Origin: Myxococcales bacterium
Lineage (GTDB): Bacteria; Myxococcota_A; Bradymonadia; UBA7976; UBA1532
Assembly (NCBI GenBank): GCA_002731825.1
Contig: PCCS01000001.1
Location: 202,962 to 266,961, forward strand
Direction of reading: 5' to 3'
Length of the DNA: 64,000 nucleotides
Position 1 is the first letter of the stretch, and the number at the start of each line of letters is the position of its first letter. The notes beneath the pieces were generated by a model. The model saw only the letters and a list, made by a program, of their open reading frames with translations, was not told the DNA's origin and did no database searches. Position numbers and translations under genes: made by a program. Positions 9,005 to 18,344 of the stretch are shown here, one piece after another.

Positions 9005-9613
9005 ATGAAGACAAGTCATTACGGGATTTTAATCCTAGCCTGCCTGCTTTCTAGCATCGGTTGTGGGTCGACCGTCCAGGTTCGTGACTTACCCCCTATG
9101 CCTGATACGGCAACCATTATGCAGAGCGCAACCTTGGGCCCTGGCGATGTAGTCGAGGTGAGGGTCTATCAAGAAAAAGAGTTGTCTGGCCTCTTCCGAG
9201 TGGGTGTCGACGGACTTTTCTCATATCCGTTGGTCGGTGAGCTGAGCGCCATAGGGTTGACTGCATCCCAACTCGCACTTGCCATCACGAAGAATCTCAA
9301 AGCCGGCTATCTGAGAGAGCCCCAAGTCAGTGTTTTCGTAAAAGAGTTCAATTCCAAGAAAGTTTTTGTACTCGGTGAGGTCCGTAAGCCGGGTACATTT
9401 CGCTATGAAGACAAGATGACCATTGTCCAGGCCGTGACCCTCGCAGGTGGTCTGAAGGCTTTGGCGGCTAAGGACCGATTAATCCTAACTCGACTTGTCG
9501 AAGGCAATGAAAAGAAGTTTGTTGTCCCCTTTGAGCGAATTAGCCAAGGCCGGGTTAGTAATGTCTTCTTACAGCCAGGCGACATCGTCTTCGTTCCTGA
9601 AAGTTGGCTATAG
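9005..9613 (+). CDS. wza: short Wza-type outer-membrane polysaccharide export (OPX) lipoprotein
   Basis: 202 aa with lipobox LLSSIGC. Poly_export/SLBB-type text (LGPGDVVEVRVYQEKELSGLFRVGVDGLFSYPLVGELSAIGLTASQL, VFVLGEVRKPGTF, LQPGDIVFVPE). Ends without a long C-terminal helix. Confidence 0.8.
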   Translation: MKTSHYGILILACLLSSIGCGSTVQVRDLPPMPDTATIMQSATLGPGDVVEVRVYQEKELSGLFRVGVDGLFSYPLVGELSAIGLTASQLALAITKNLKAGYLREPQVSVFVKEFNSKKVFVLGEVRKPGTFRYEDKMTIVQAVTLAGGLKALAAKDRLILTRLVEGNEKKFVVPFERISQGRVSNVFLQPGDIVFVPESWL

Positions 9614-9654
9614 CGCGCATACGGGCTCTGCTCCTTCGATCTACTCAAGGGTCC

Positions 9655-10650
9655 TCAAGCCATCAATTTTTTCAGCACAGTGTACGCATAGTGTCGTCGG
9701 AAGCCTCTCCGGGTCAGAACGAACCGAAGTCCTTGCCGTTGCCAAATGCTTGGCAACGGGTGAGGCGTATTGGGTGTCGTCAATAAACGCCGAAGAATTT
9801 CGGAGCCTCGCGTAAAACGAGGCAGGGCTTCGAAAGGCCAAATATCAAATTGATTTAGTCTGCCCAGAGCTAATTCAAAAGCCACTGCGAGATCGACACA
9901 GGCAGCGTGCTCTTTTAGTCCTTTCCAAGACATGGGTTTTGGTCCATATCGGAGGGTTTTCAAAATCAGTGCGAGATCGACATAGGCCCAGAGGCCATCT
10001 ATGAACGACGACTTCGCTTGGTTGACCAACCAGATGGTGAGTCGGTCGATTGGGCATGGGAAACGGTAGGGTTGTCCATCTATTATGCGCAGTTCGCCAT
10101 TATGAATCAGCGTATTCCAGTTGAGATTTGATAAGGATAGAGGTGCGAACGTATTGTGGACTTCGATCAAGCACCCGTTCTGCTCGATGCCGACGGAATC
10201 ATCATCTGATGATCGCAACGAGTCTATTGTAAACGTCTCTTGAATCCTGTGACGTAGCGCCGAGTCGGCGATCAGATCAAGATCAGCGCTCTGACGTGAC
10301 CCGGGGTCACGGTACATATTTTCGATATAGTCTGTCCCCTTGACGGCCAGACAATTCTCGACACAGCCGCTAGGCAATTGTCCCAGGACGGCGATTTGAC
10401 TGAGGTAGCGTGTCGTGTTTTGTTGCCAGATTGTTCTACAGAATTGAGTGTTTGCCTCGCTCAAATGCCCACCGATGTGGTAGAGAAGACCACCGAGGCG
10501 TTGTACGAGAATATACTGTGTCGAATCGTCGCGTATCGGCGGTCGAATGGGGCTGTCATCTAGCCAATAACGGAGCGCTTGATGCACTGCGGCTCGACCC
10601 ATTGGGCTGGTTGGCGGTCTGTTTCTGCTGTGCTCCGTATCCGAGCTCAT
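9655..10650 (-). CDS. uncharacterised nucleotidyltransferase-family (NTP_transf_5-like) protein
   Basis: Motif KGTDYIENMYRDPGSRQSADLDLI resembles the KG...Y.dpg.R...D.DLL core of that family. The start is uncertain: the ORF-track TTG at 10674 would share a nucleotide with the divergent epimerase ATG, so ATG 10650 (MSSDTE) or 10602 is preferred. Confidence 0.45.
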   Translation of the reverse strand: MSSDTEHSRNRPPTSPMGRAAVHQALRYWLDDSPIRPPIRDDSTQYILVQRLGGLLYHIGGHLSEANTQFCRTIWQQNTTRYLSQIAVLGQLPSGCVENCLAVKGTDYIENMYRDPGSRQSADLDLIADSALRHRIQETFTIDSLRSSDDDSVGIEQNGCLIEVHNTFAPLSLSNLNWNTLIHNGELRIIDGQPYRFPCPIDRLTIWLVNQAKSSFIDGLWAYVDLALILKTLRYGPKPMSWKGLKEHAACVDLAVAFELALGRLNQFDIWPFEALPRFTRGSEILRRLLTTPNTPHPLPSIWQRQGLRFVLTRRGFRRHYAYTVLKKLMA

Positions 10651-10673
10651 GGCGTTAACCGAAAGGAAATACA

Positions 10674-11612
10674 ATGGCGCGTATTTTGGTCACTGGGGGA
10701 GCAGGTTTTGTAGGGTCGAATCTTGTCCATGCTTTGCTCGCTCGCGGCGATGAAGTTGTTGTGATTGACAACTTTTCAACGGGTCGGAGAGAAAATCTAG
10801 CCGACGTTGACACTCGTATCAAGCTCATTGAAGGCTCACTGGCTGATCCTGCCGCGGTCTCTGAAGCCCTTGAGGGGGTTGATGGGGTGTTGCATCAGGG
10901 TGCATTGCCGTCCGTACCCAAGTCTTTGGCCTTACCGCTTGAGACCAATGAGGCAAATATTGTCGGTACGCTGACGCTTTTGGAAATGTGTCGGCAAAAC
11001 GATGTGAAGCGGGTTGTGTATGCCGCCTCCTCGAGCGCCTATGGCGATCACGATGCGCCGGTCAAGACGGAGACCCTTGAACCAAGGCCCAAGTCACCCT
11101 ATGCAGTCCAAAAACTCACTGGTGAATACTATTGCTCAGTCTATCATCAGCTCTTCGGGATAAATACGATTGCGCTTCGTTATTTCAATGTGTTTGGTCG
11201 CCGACAGAATCCATCCAGTCAGTACGCTGCGGTCGTGCCTGCATTCGTCACTCGAATCCTCCACGGGCAGCCCCCTGTGGTATATGGTGATGGGACACAA
11301 TCACGGGACTTCACTCATATCGATAATGTCATCGATGCCAACTTCAAAGCCCTGGACGCGCCCAGCGACGTTTGTGGTCGTGTCTATAACGTGGGCTGTG
11401 GGTCAAGCGTGACCCTCCTAGACCTTATAAAATCCATCAACGATACCCTTGGCACCGATGTCAAACCGCAGTTTGACCCCCCAAGAGCAGGCGATGTCAT
11501 GCACTCCAGGGCGGATATTGAACAGACGAAGCGCAACATCGGATACAACCCAGTGGTGGATTTCAATGAAGGCTTAAGACGCACAATCGACTGGTATCGT
11601 AAGTCGGATTGA
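10674..11612 (+). CDS. NAD-dependent nucleotide-sugar 4-epimerase, WbpP/TviC-like subfamily
   Basis: GGAGFVGSNL Rossmann motif, YAASSSAYGD, the catalytic pair in SPYAVQKL, and RYFNVFGRRQNPSSQYAAVVPAF typical of UDP-HexNAc(A) 4-epimerases. AAGGAAA RBS. Confidence 0.8.
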   Translation: MARILVTGGAGFVGSNLVHALLARGDEVVVIDNFSTGRRENLADVDTRIKLIEGSLADPAAVSEALEGVDGVLHQGALPSVPKSLALPLETNEANIVGTLTLLEMCRQNDVKRVVYAASSSAYGDHDAPVKTETLEPRPKSPYAVQKLTGEYYCSVYHQLFGINTIALRYFNVFGRRQNPSSQYAAVVPAFVTRILHGQPPVVYGDGTQSRDFTHIDNVIDANFKALDAPSDVCGRVYNVGCGSSVTLLDLIKSINDTLGTDVKPQFDPPRAGDVMHSRADIEQTKRNIGYNPVVDFNEGLRRTIDWYRKSD

Positions 11613-11705
11613 TAACGTTCATAATGATTTCATGTTGTAGGGTGGCGCTCGGACGCGTCACGGTGTAAGGAAAGCTCGAAGAGCGGGATTAAGTTGGACA
11701 TAGAA

Positions 11706-13022
11706 ATGAGCACACTAAAAGAAAAATTAGACGGTAGAAACGCGCTTGTTGGTGTCATTGGTCTTGGCTATGTGGGACTCCCACTGGCGGTTGCATTCGG
11801 AGAGGCGGGTTACTCCGTTCTCGGTTTCGAGGTCGATGAGGATAAGGTCACAGCTCTGAAGAGTGGGACATCGTACATACCAGATGTCAACTCGAGTCGA
11901 GTGTCCAGTTTGCTCGATGCAAAACGTCTCGATGCGACTGTCGACTTTTCGCGTTTATCAGAGTGTGACGCCATTAGCGTATGTGTGCCAACACCACTGA
12001 GAAAGACACGCGATCCTGACCTAACCTACATTATTAAGGCGACGGAGCAAATCGCGCAGCACCTGCGCGCGGGGCAGCTGGTTGTTCTAGAGAGCACAAC
12101 CTACCCTGGTACCACGATGGAAATTGTCGCACCCAAGTTGGCCGTGTCTGGTTTCGAAGTTGGCCGAGATGTTCATCTCGCATTCAGCCCAGAACGAATT
12201 GATCCAGGTAATGAGACATTTACTGTTGAAAACACGCCTAAGATCATCGGCGGTGTCTCACCGGCATGTACCGAAGCGGCCGGTGCACTGTATTCGGCCA
12301 TCGTAAACTCGGTCATACCTGTATCAAGTCCGACCGCGGCAGAAATGGTCAAGCTCCTTGAAAATACGTTTCGGGCTGTGAACATTGGCCTGGTCAATGA
12401 AATCGCGATTATTGCCGATAAGCTTAAGTTAGATGTCTGGGAAATTATTGAGGCCGCGGCGAGCAAGCCCTTCGGCTTTATGCCATTTTATCCTGGCCCA
12501 GGCCTGGGTGGTCATTGCATTCCTATCGATCCACATTATCTCAGTTGGAAACTGCGGACGCTCAATTATCGGACGCGTTTCATCGAATTGGCGGACGATA
12601 TCAATAATCACATGCCAGAGTATGTTGTCGATAAAGTCGGCTACGCTCTCAATGAAGATCGAAAGCCCATTAATGGCTCAAAAGTTCTCATAATGGGGGT
12701 TGCATATAAACGGAATATTACCGACTGGCGTGAATCACCTGCTGTTCCAATCATTGAAAAGCTGATCGCTCGCGGTGCAGAGGTGTCATATCAAGATGAC
12801 TATGTACCTGAACTTCCACTCGGCTCTCATGGTTCGGGTGAGGTTTTAACGTCGTCCAAATTGGATTACTCGGCTCTTCAGAGCTATGATTGCGTCGTGA
12901 TCGTGACCGACCATAGCTATTATGATGTAGAAGCATTGGTGGCATATTCTCAACGTATTGTTGATACGCGCAATTTGACTGGTCAATATGGGCGGGACGA
13001 TCAAAAGGTGATTAAACTTTGA
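11706..13022 (+). CDS. UDP-N-acetylhexosamine 6-dehydrogenase family (WbpA/WbpO/TviB/WecC-like)
   Basis: VGVIGLGYVGLPLAVAF NAD fold and catalytic Cys in GLGGHCIPIDP. ATG 11706 preferred over TTG 11694. Confidence 0.85.
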   Translation: MSTLKEKLDGRNALVGVIGLGYVGLPLAVAFGEAGYSVLGFEVDEDKVTALKSGTSYIPDVNSSRVSSLLDAKRLDATVDFSRLSECDAISVCVPTPLRKTRDPDLTYIIKATEQIAQHLRAGQLVVLESTTYPGTTMEIVAPKLAVSGFEVGRDVHLAFSPERIDPGNETFTVENTPKIIGGVSPACTEAAGALYSAIVNSVIPVSSPTAAEMVKLLENTFRAVNIGLVNEIAIIADKLKLDVWEIIEAAASKPFGFMPFYPGPGLGGHCIPIDPHYLSWKLRTLNYRTRFIELADDINNHMPEYVVDKVGYALNEDRKPINGSKVLIMGVAYKRNITDWRESPAVPIIEKLIARGAEVSYQDDYVPELPLGSHGSGEVLTSSKLDYSALQSYDCVVIVTDHSYYDVEALVAYSQRIVDTRNLTGQYGRDDQKVIKL

Positions 13023-15184
13023 TGGTCAATCGAACTCAAGATGAAGCTACGCTGACCCAATGGGCCGGTATCGTTTGGAAGCATAAGTGGCTGGTCATGG
13101 CGTTCATGGCGCTTTTGATGGCCGCAGCCGTCTTGTATACCAAGAGGCAACCCCGCATCTATGAGGCATCAACTCAGCTTGTCATTGACTTAAACGCCCC
13201 ACGTTATCTACCGCGCCACGGGGCTGAGGTCGTGTCGCTTGGGTCTGGGAGTAGCTGGAACACCAAGGAGTTCTTTGAGACCCAGTATAGAATTATCAAA
13301 AGTCGGATGGTGGCCGCAAAGGTCGTCAAAGCGCTTGGCTTGGAACAAGACCTGGACTTTTTAGGTGTCACCAAGCTTGAAGATCCTGATGCCCGGGCAA
13401 AGCGATTGAAGAATGCGGACCCTATCTCCATTCTCGTCAATCGAATCTCAGTTGATCCGGTATCGGAAAGCCGTGTCGCGTTAATCCGTGTGCGCGACGA
13501 AAATCCAAGTCGGGCCGCAAAGATAGCTGACACCATCGCCGAAGCCTATGCCGCCCAAAATGTTGATCGCAAGGTCTCTGCGGCCATCGACGCCGTTGAA
13601 TGGCTTCGGAAGCAGGCGGGTGACTTGAAGTCTGAACTCATCCAGGCGGAAAATGACTTACTGGTCTTCAAGCGTCAGAACAATATTTTAGGGGCGACAT
13701 TAGCCGATAAGCAGAACTTTGTGAGTTTAGATTTGCAAGATGCGCGGCGACAAAGTCGTGATGCGAAACGCCAGTCGGTTCAGCTCAAAGCACAGCTTGA
13801 CCAGGTTCGGAAGCTGACAAGCCTACAGGCGCAGTCCAGCGTGTCTGAAGTTTTGTCGAACGGGCTTGTGCAGCGTCTTAAAGAGCAGCTGATTGAACTC
13901 AAGAATTCCCGCGTTGAATTATTGAAGCGCTACTTAGAAAAACATCCAGACGTTCTCGTTGTGGATTCGAAAATTCGCCGAGTTGAAAAGAATCTTCAGC
14001 GTGAAGTAAGGGGCATTCGCCAGTCTATAGAACGTCGGTATCAAGCCAGCCTGGTCAGTGATGGTAAGCTTCGTGCAGAAGTTGTGGAACTTGAAGAACA
14101 GGCTAAGTCTTTACAGGCACATGAGCTGGAATATAGACGGCGACAAGCGGCTATCGAATCCAAAAAAACGCTGCATATTCAGATGCTGGGTCGACTCAAG
14201 GAAGCTCAGTTACAAGCGGAAGCGCGTGCCAATAACGTGCGCGTTTTAGATGCGGCTTTGGTCCCTAAAACGCCGATTCGACCGCGACTATTATTGAATT
14301 TGGCTGTGGCACTGGTGCTGTCAGTCTTCGGTGGTATCGGCTTGGCTTTTCTCGTCGACCGTCTCGATAATACAGTCAAGAGTCAGGAACAACTAGAGGC
14401 GTTTGGTCTCACATTCTTGGGCATTGTACCCTCTGTGAGATCAGTACGCGGTAAAGGCGGCATGCCTAAAGCCCTTGAAAACCCTGATCGGTGCGTCATC
14501 GACCATCCCAACAGCACGCTGGCTGAGTGTGTCCGAATTATTCGTACGAATCTTTTGTTCATGACACCTGAGCAAGAACTGCGATCCATGTTGATCACAA
14601 GTGCTGGCCCGAGAGAGGGCAAGACGTGTACCTGCGTTAATATTGGTGCGACCATGGCCATGTCTGGGAGTAAGACGCTTCTTGTTGACTCTGATTTGAG
14701 GCGCCCGCGGCTGCATAAGATTTTTGGGTTCACCAATGAGAGGGGCCTGACAAATCTAATCATGGATGCTGACACCAAAATCGGAGATGTAGCCATCAAA
14801 AGCGAAGTGGATCGATTAGATATTCTATGTAGCGGCCCCCTACCGCCCAATCCATCAGAAATTTTGCATACACAAGGCTTTAAGCGAACCCTTGCCTACC
14901 TTTTAAGAGAATACGACAGAGTCATTTTTGATTCACCACCGGTGGGGGCTGTTACAGATGCCCAGATTCTTGGACAGCAACTTGACGGTGCTGTCCTTGT
15001 GGTGCGTGCCGGAGAAACCAGCAGAGACATGTTAAAGAAAGCCAAAGAGCTTCTCGATACGGTCAATGTACGTTTACTTGGCGCCCTTCTTAATAATCTG
15101 GATGTGCGTCGCAAAGGGTACGGACAGTATTCCTACCAGTATTATAGTCAACAAACTGAGGAAACGACGGTCAAGCAGAGTTGA
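13022..15184 (+). CDS. wzc: Wzc-type polysaccharide co-polymerase / BY tyrosine autokinase
   Basis: TGATG overlap with the upstream stop. Two TMs flank a long coiled-coil periplasmic domain. Walker A SAGPREGKT, A' LLVDSDLRRP, Walker B VIFDSPPV, and a C-terminal Tyr cluster KGYGQYSYQYYSQ. Confidence 0.85.
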   Translation: MVNRTQDEATLTQWAGIVWKHKWLVMAFMALLMAAAVLYTKRQPRIYEASTQLVIDLNAPRYLPRHGAEVVSLGSGSSWNTKEFFETQYRIIKSRMVAAKVVKALGLEQDLDFLGVTKLEDPDARAKRLKNADPISILVNRISVDPVSESRVALIRVRDENPSRAAKIADTIAEAYAAQNVDRKVSAAIDAVEWLRKQAGDLKSELIQAENDLLVFKRQNNILGATLADKQNFVSLDLQDARRQSRDAKRQSVQLKAQLDQVRKLTSLQAQSSVSEVLSNGLVQRLKEQLIELKNSRVELLKRYLEKHPDVLVVDSKIRRVEKNLQREVRGIRQSIERRYQASLVSDGKLRAEVVELEEQAKSLQAHELEYRRRQAAIESKKTLHIQMLGRLKEAQLQAEARANNVRVLDAALVPKTPIRPRLLLNLAVALVLSVFGGIGLAFLVDRLDNTVKSQEQLEAFGLTFLGIVPSVRSVRGKGGMPKALENPDRCVIDHPNSTLAECVRIIRTNLLFMTPEQELRSMLITSAGPREGKTCTCVNIGATMAMSGSKTLLVDSDLRRPRLHKIFGFTNERGLTNLIMDADTKIGDVAIKSEVDRLDILCSGPLPPNPSEILHTQGFKRTLAYLLREYDRVIFDSPPVGAVTDAQILGQQLDGAVLVVRAGETSRDMLKKAKELLDTVNVRLLGALLNNLDVRRKGYGQYSYQYYSQQTEETTVKQS

Positions 15185-15244
15185 TCGACCTATTCTGGAG
15201 CAGTTTGGTATGTTGGATTTAATGACCTCATAGGGTTGCGTCCG

Positions 15245-16396
15245 ATGCGCGTTGTCACGTGTCTTCCAAGATTATTAGCCTATTCGGATCGCTTTCGGAT
15301 GCTGTGTGCACTGTCGTGTAAAGTCGAGAGCTTACACATACTCACCACAGAGCAACCTGGCTCACTGAGCGAACTCGTGTCAGCCAACCCAAAACTCAGC
15401 TTGGTCGTTCTCCCCCGAAAGGGGTTTAATCGTCTGGCATTCAACTGGATATCTGAACGATTACGTTCTAACGACCTCGATATTATCCACGACAATTTTG
15501 GCCATTTCGCTGCGGTTTTCCAAGCGTGGGCTGGGAGCCATTCCAGAGAATACCGTTTCATATCCACCCTATATACAAACAATTGGGCGTGGTTTAATCG
15601 CGTTCGCAAGCCCCATCTGGACCTCGGATGGACTTATGTCAGCCAGAGGATTATTACCCTTTGGAGAGACCGTAGAATCTGCAAGCACGCCGATCGAGTC
15701 TTGGTTTTGGGGCCGGGTCATGAAGATGATTTAGTCGATGGACACGCCCTAGATGTGTCTCGGATTCGCTGGGTTGAATCTGAGGTCAACATTGCTCATT
15801 TCAAAGCGGTCGAACAGGAGCCAACTCAGCCACCAACGTTTTTATTTACCGGTGCAGTCTGTCGTAACAAAGGAATCGATGTCCTGTTAAATGCTTTCAG
15901 ATTACTCAAGGACCGACCCTACCGCTTGCAACTGATTGGTCGAATTTTAAATTGGGAAAAGACGTGGTTCGCAGATGCTGTCAAAGAGGCAGACCTAGGG
16001 GATAAACTGATTCACGTACCTCAGGTGCCTGGGGCCGAAATGGCCGCTCGGTATCGTGGAGTTCACTCGTTGGTATTCCCCTCTCGTTTTGAGGGGTCGC
16101 CCCGCAGTGTGCGTGAGGCATTAGCCTCAGGTATCCCGGCGATTGTGTCCAATATCGCAGGGCATCGAGGGCTTGACCCACATGGTCGGTTTTTACGTTT
16201 CGTTGATTCGTTTGAGCCAGACGCTTGGTGCGAAGCGATTCTTGCTGCGGTCAATGAATCGGAGCCTCAGTATACGGCGCGTCGGCATTTAGGCGTCGAA
16301 CAGATGGTTACGTTTCACAGCTTTGATGCCGTGGCCCAGCGTCTCTTTCACAGTTATAAGGACGTTCTGAGTCTGCCACCTCGTTCCAGCGGTTAA
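15245..16396 (+). CDS. glycosyltransferase, GT4 (Glycos_transf_1) family
   Basis: C-terminal GT-B text RNKGIDVLLNAF...FPSRFEGSPRSVREALASGIPAIVSN (E-x7-E). ATG 15245 preferred over TTG 15236. Confidence 0.75.
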   Translation: MRVVTCLPRLLAYSDRFRMLCALSCKVESLHILTTEQPGSLSELVSANPKLSLVVLPRKGFNRLAFNWISERLRSNDLDIIHDNFGHFAAVFQAWAGSHSREYRFISTLYTNNWAWFNRVRKPHLDLGWTYVSQRIITLWRDRRICKHADRVLVLGPGHEDDLVDGHALDVSRIRWVESEVNIAHFKAVEQEPTQPPTFLFTGAVCRNKGIDVLLNAFRLLKDRPYRLQLIGRILNWEKTWFADAVKEADLGDKLIHVPQVPGAEMAARYRGVHSLVFPSRFEGSPRSVREALASGIPAIVSNIAGHRGLDPHGRFLRFVDSFEPDAWCEAILAAVNESEPQYTARRHLGVEQMVTFHSFDAVAQRLFHSYKDVLSLPPRSSG

Positions 16397-16403
16397 AATC
16401 TGT

Positions 16404-18344
16404 TTATAAATTGTGCCGGTAATGGATAATTCGATAGACTTTTCGCTGGTCCGTTCCATAGTGTGCCGTCAAACCAACGCCCAGACCCAGCGCTGAGAAA
16501 AAAGCTAAAATCAAAGGGAGTTGGTAGAGGGCATCGGTTACAAAAAAGAGAAGTATGCACCCGATTATACCCGCGAATGAACCCTGCAAATCCGACCGAG
16601 TCTGCGAGTCTTTAACACGAATGAGACCTCGTTTGATGTAGACGATGGCACGCAGCAGGATCATCAAGAAGAGCACCAGGCCGAAAAGCCCATGGTCGGT
16701 GAGCACAGTAAGATACATATTCGATAATTGAAGAGACGGCTTATGACCGCCGTAGCGTTGACTACGAGCAAACCGCCCCAGGACGCGCGCGCCAATTCCA
16801 GTTGCTAAATTGACCGTACTCGTCCTCTCATCGGCGATGATTGTTTCGAAAATCGTACCCTGTTGGCTGCCCCTCATCGTTAAGTCTGAGACGATCTGTG
16901 TAGGCTGCATTCTGGGGTCACCATTGAGTGTCAACCCAGCTAATGCCGCCAACAAAATGAAGATGATCAGGGCCATTAGGCGTCTGGCGATAGGCCAGAG
17001 GGCGATGGTTGTCACAATGCACATCACAGCGATGCCTGCGCGGCTCATTGTGAGTACGCCCGTCAGGGTGATGACACCAGCGGAGAGGCCAGAGATACGA
17101 CGCTGAATAGAGGACCCACCGGACACGGCTCTGACGAGGGCAAGGGGTAGGGCAAGTGTGATGATCACGGCCATCAACACAGGATTGACCAGGTGTCCGA
17201 CTACGCGTCTGAGGGAGCCAGACGTTGTCAATTCAATAACTGTCGGGACCATATCGACGAGCCCAACCACAGTAACGCCCCCCACAAGGACCCCGATTAA
17301 TGCGCTGCGCCGGTCGGTGACCATTCTTGAATTCAAGATCAAGTAGAAAACCACAAAGCCATTACAGACCCACCAACCGAGTCCGCGCAAAGCAGCCAGT
17401 GGCATCGGACTGAAAGGAATGATCATTAGAGTCCACAGCACGAATAGAATCACAGGCAAATCTGTGGGCGTACGAAGTGCAACAACTCGTTTCGAATCCA
17501 TCCGCCGCTGAGCGAGATGGATGAAGACGATTAATGTCGGCAGTAAGTACAGAATATTGAAGGTGACACCGGCAATACTCAATGTCATGACCTCACGAAA
17601 GTGCGCCGGCGCAACGAGAACCATGACCAAGAGCCAACAGAGCAAGAGCGTTGTCGTAAAAATACGGGTCATGACGCGCGCGAACGTCAAGACAACGAGC
17701 TGGAGATCGAAGAGGACGGTTCGTCGACTGATGTGGAGCATCTCATAGAACAGTTTGTGGCGCGGTGTTGTGTAGTAGCCGCCCCTCACTTGCGCTTGAC
17801 CTGTGATGCCTGGGCGGACAAGAAATCGACGCTCGTAACCTGGGATATTTGCTTTGTGATCTTTTAGGAAAATGGGCCTGACGGGTCGCGGTCCGACAAG
17901 GTTCATATCCCGCTTCAACACATTCAATAATTGGGGCAATTCGTCGAGTCTGTATTTTCTTAAGAAACGACCGATAGATGTGTAGTGATCTTCATCTTGT
18001 CTCACCAGCCGCTTACCAATTTTTGCCTCGGACCCGACTTGCATGGTTCGAAACTTCAGGATATCGAACTCTCGCTGATTTAAGCCCACCCGTCGTCCTC
18101 TGTAGAGGGCAGGTCCCGGGCTTGAGAGCTTCACACAGAGGGTGATGACGATCATGAATGGCGCCAAGATGAGTAGGCCAAGGGTTGCAGCCGAGATGTT
18201 ATACAGGGCCGTGACCAGGGTGTAGACATGCTGGCGATCAAATTGTACGCGAGTCGGGAAGATGCCACGCCTTCGGATATAGGCTAAGTGACCATCGTGC
18301 TGACCGGGAGCCGCGTTCGTGGTTGGCTGAGGTGATTGCTTCAT
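16404..18344 (-). CDS. fusion: phosphoglycosyl transferase (Bac_transf) + O-antigen ligase/polymerase-like (Wzy_C) membrane domain
   Basis: The N-terminal third has PGPALYRGRRVGLNQREFDILKFRTM...RLDELPQLLNVLKRDMNLVGPRP...RPGITGQAQV. The C-terminal ~400 aa is polytopic with SRAGIAV and GGHKPSLQLSNMYLTVLTDHGLFGLVLFL. The ATG at 18344 overlaps the asnB-like stop (ATGA). Confidence 0.75.
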   Translation of the reverse strand: MKQSPQPTTNAAPGQHDGHLAYIRRRGIFPTRVQFDRQHVYTLVTALYNISAATLGLLILAPFMIVITLCVKLSSPGPALYRGRRVGLNQREFDILKFRTMQVGSEAKIGKRLVRQDEDHYTSIGRFLRKYRLDELPQLLNVLKRDMNLVGPRPVRPIFLKDHKANIPGYERRFLVRPGITGQAQVRGGYYTTPRHKLFYEMLHISRRTVLFDLQLVVLTFARVMTRIFTTTLLLCWLLVMVLVAPAHFREVMTLSIAGVTFNILYLLPTLIVFIHLAQRRMDSKRVVALRTPTDLPVILFVLWTLMIIPFSPMPLAALRGLGWWVCNGFVVFYLILNSRMVTDRRSALIGVLVGGVTVVGLVDMVPTVIELTTSGSLRRVVGHLVNPVLMAVIITLALPLALVRAVSGGSSIQRRISGLSAGVITLTGVLTMSRAGIAVMCIVTTIALWPIARRLMALIIFILLAALAGLTLNGDPRMQPTQIVSDLTMRGSQQGTIFETIIADERTSTVNLATGIGARVLGRFARSQRYGGHKPSLQLSNMYLTVLTDHGLFGLVLFLMILLRAIVYIKRGLIRVKDSQTRSDLQGSFAGIIGCILLFFVTDALYQLPLILAFFSALGLGVGLTAHYGTDQRKVYRIIHYRHNL

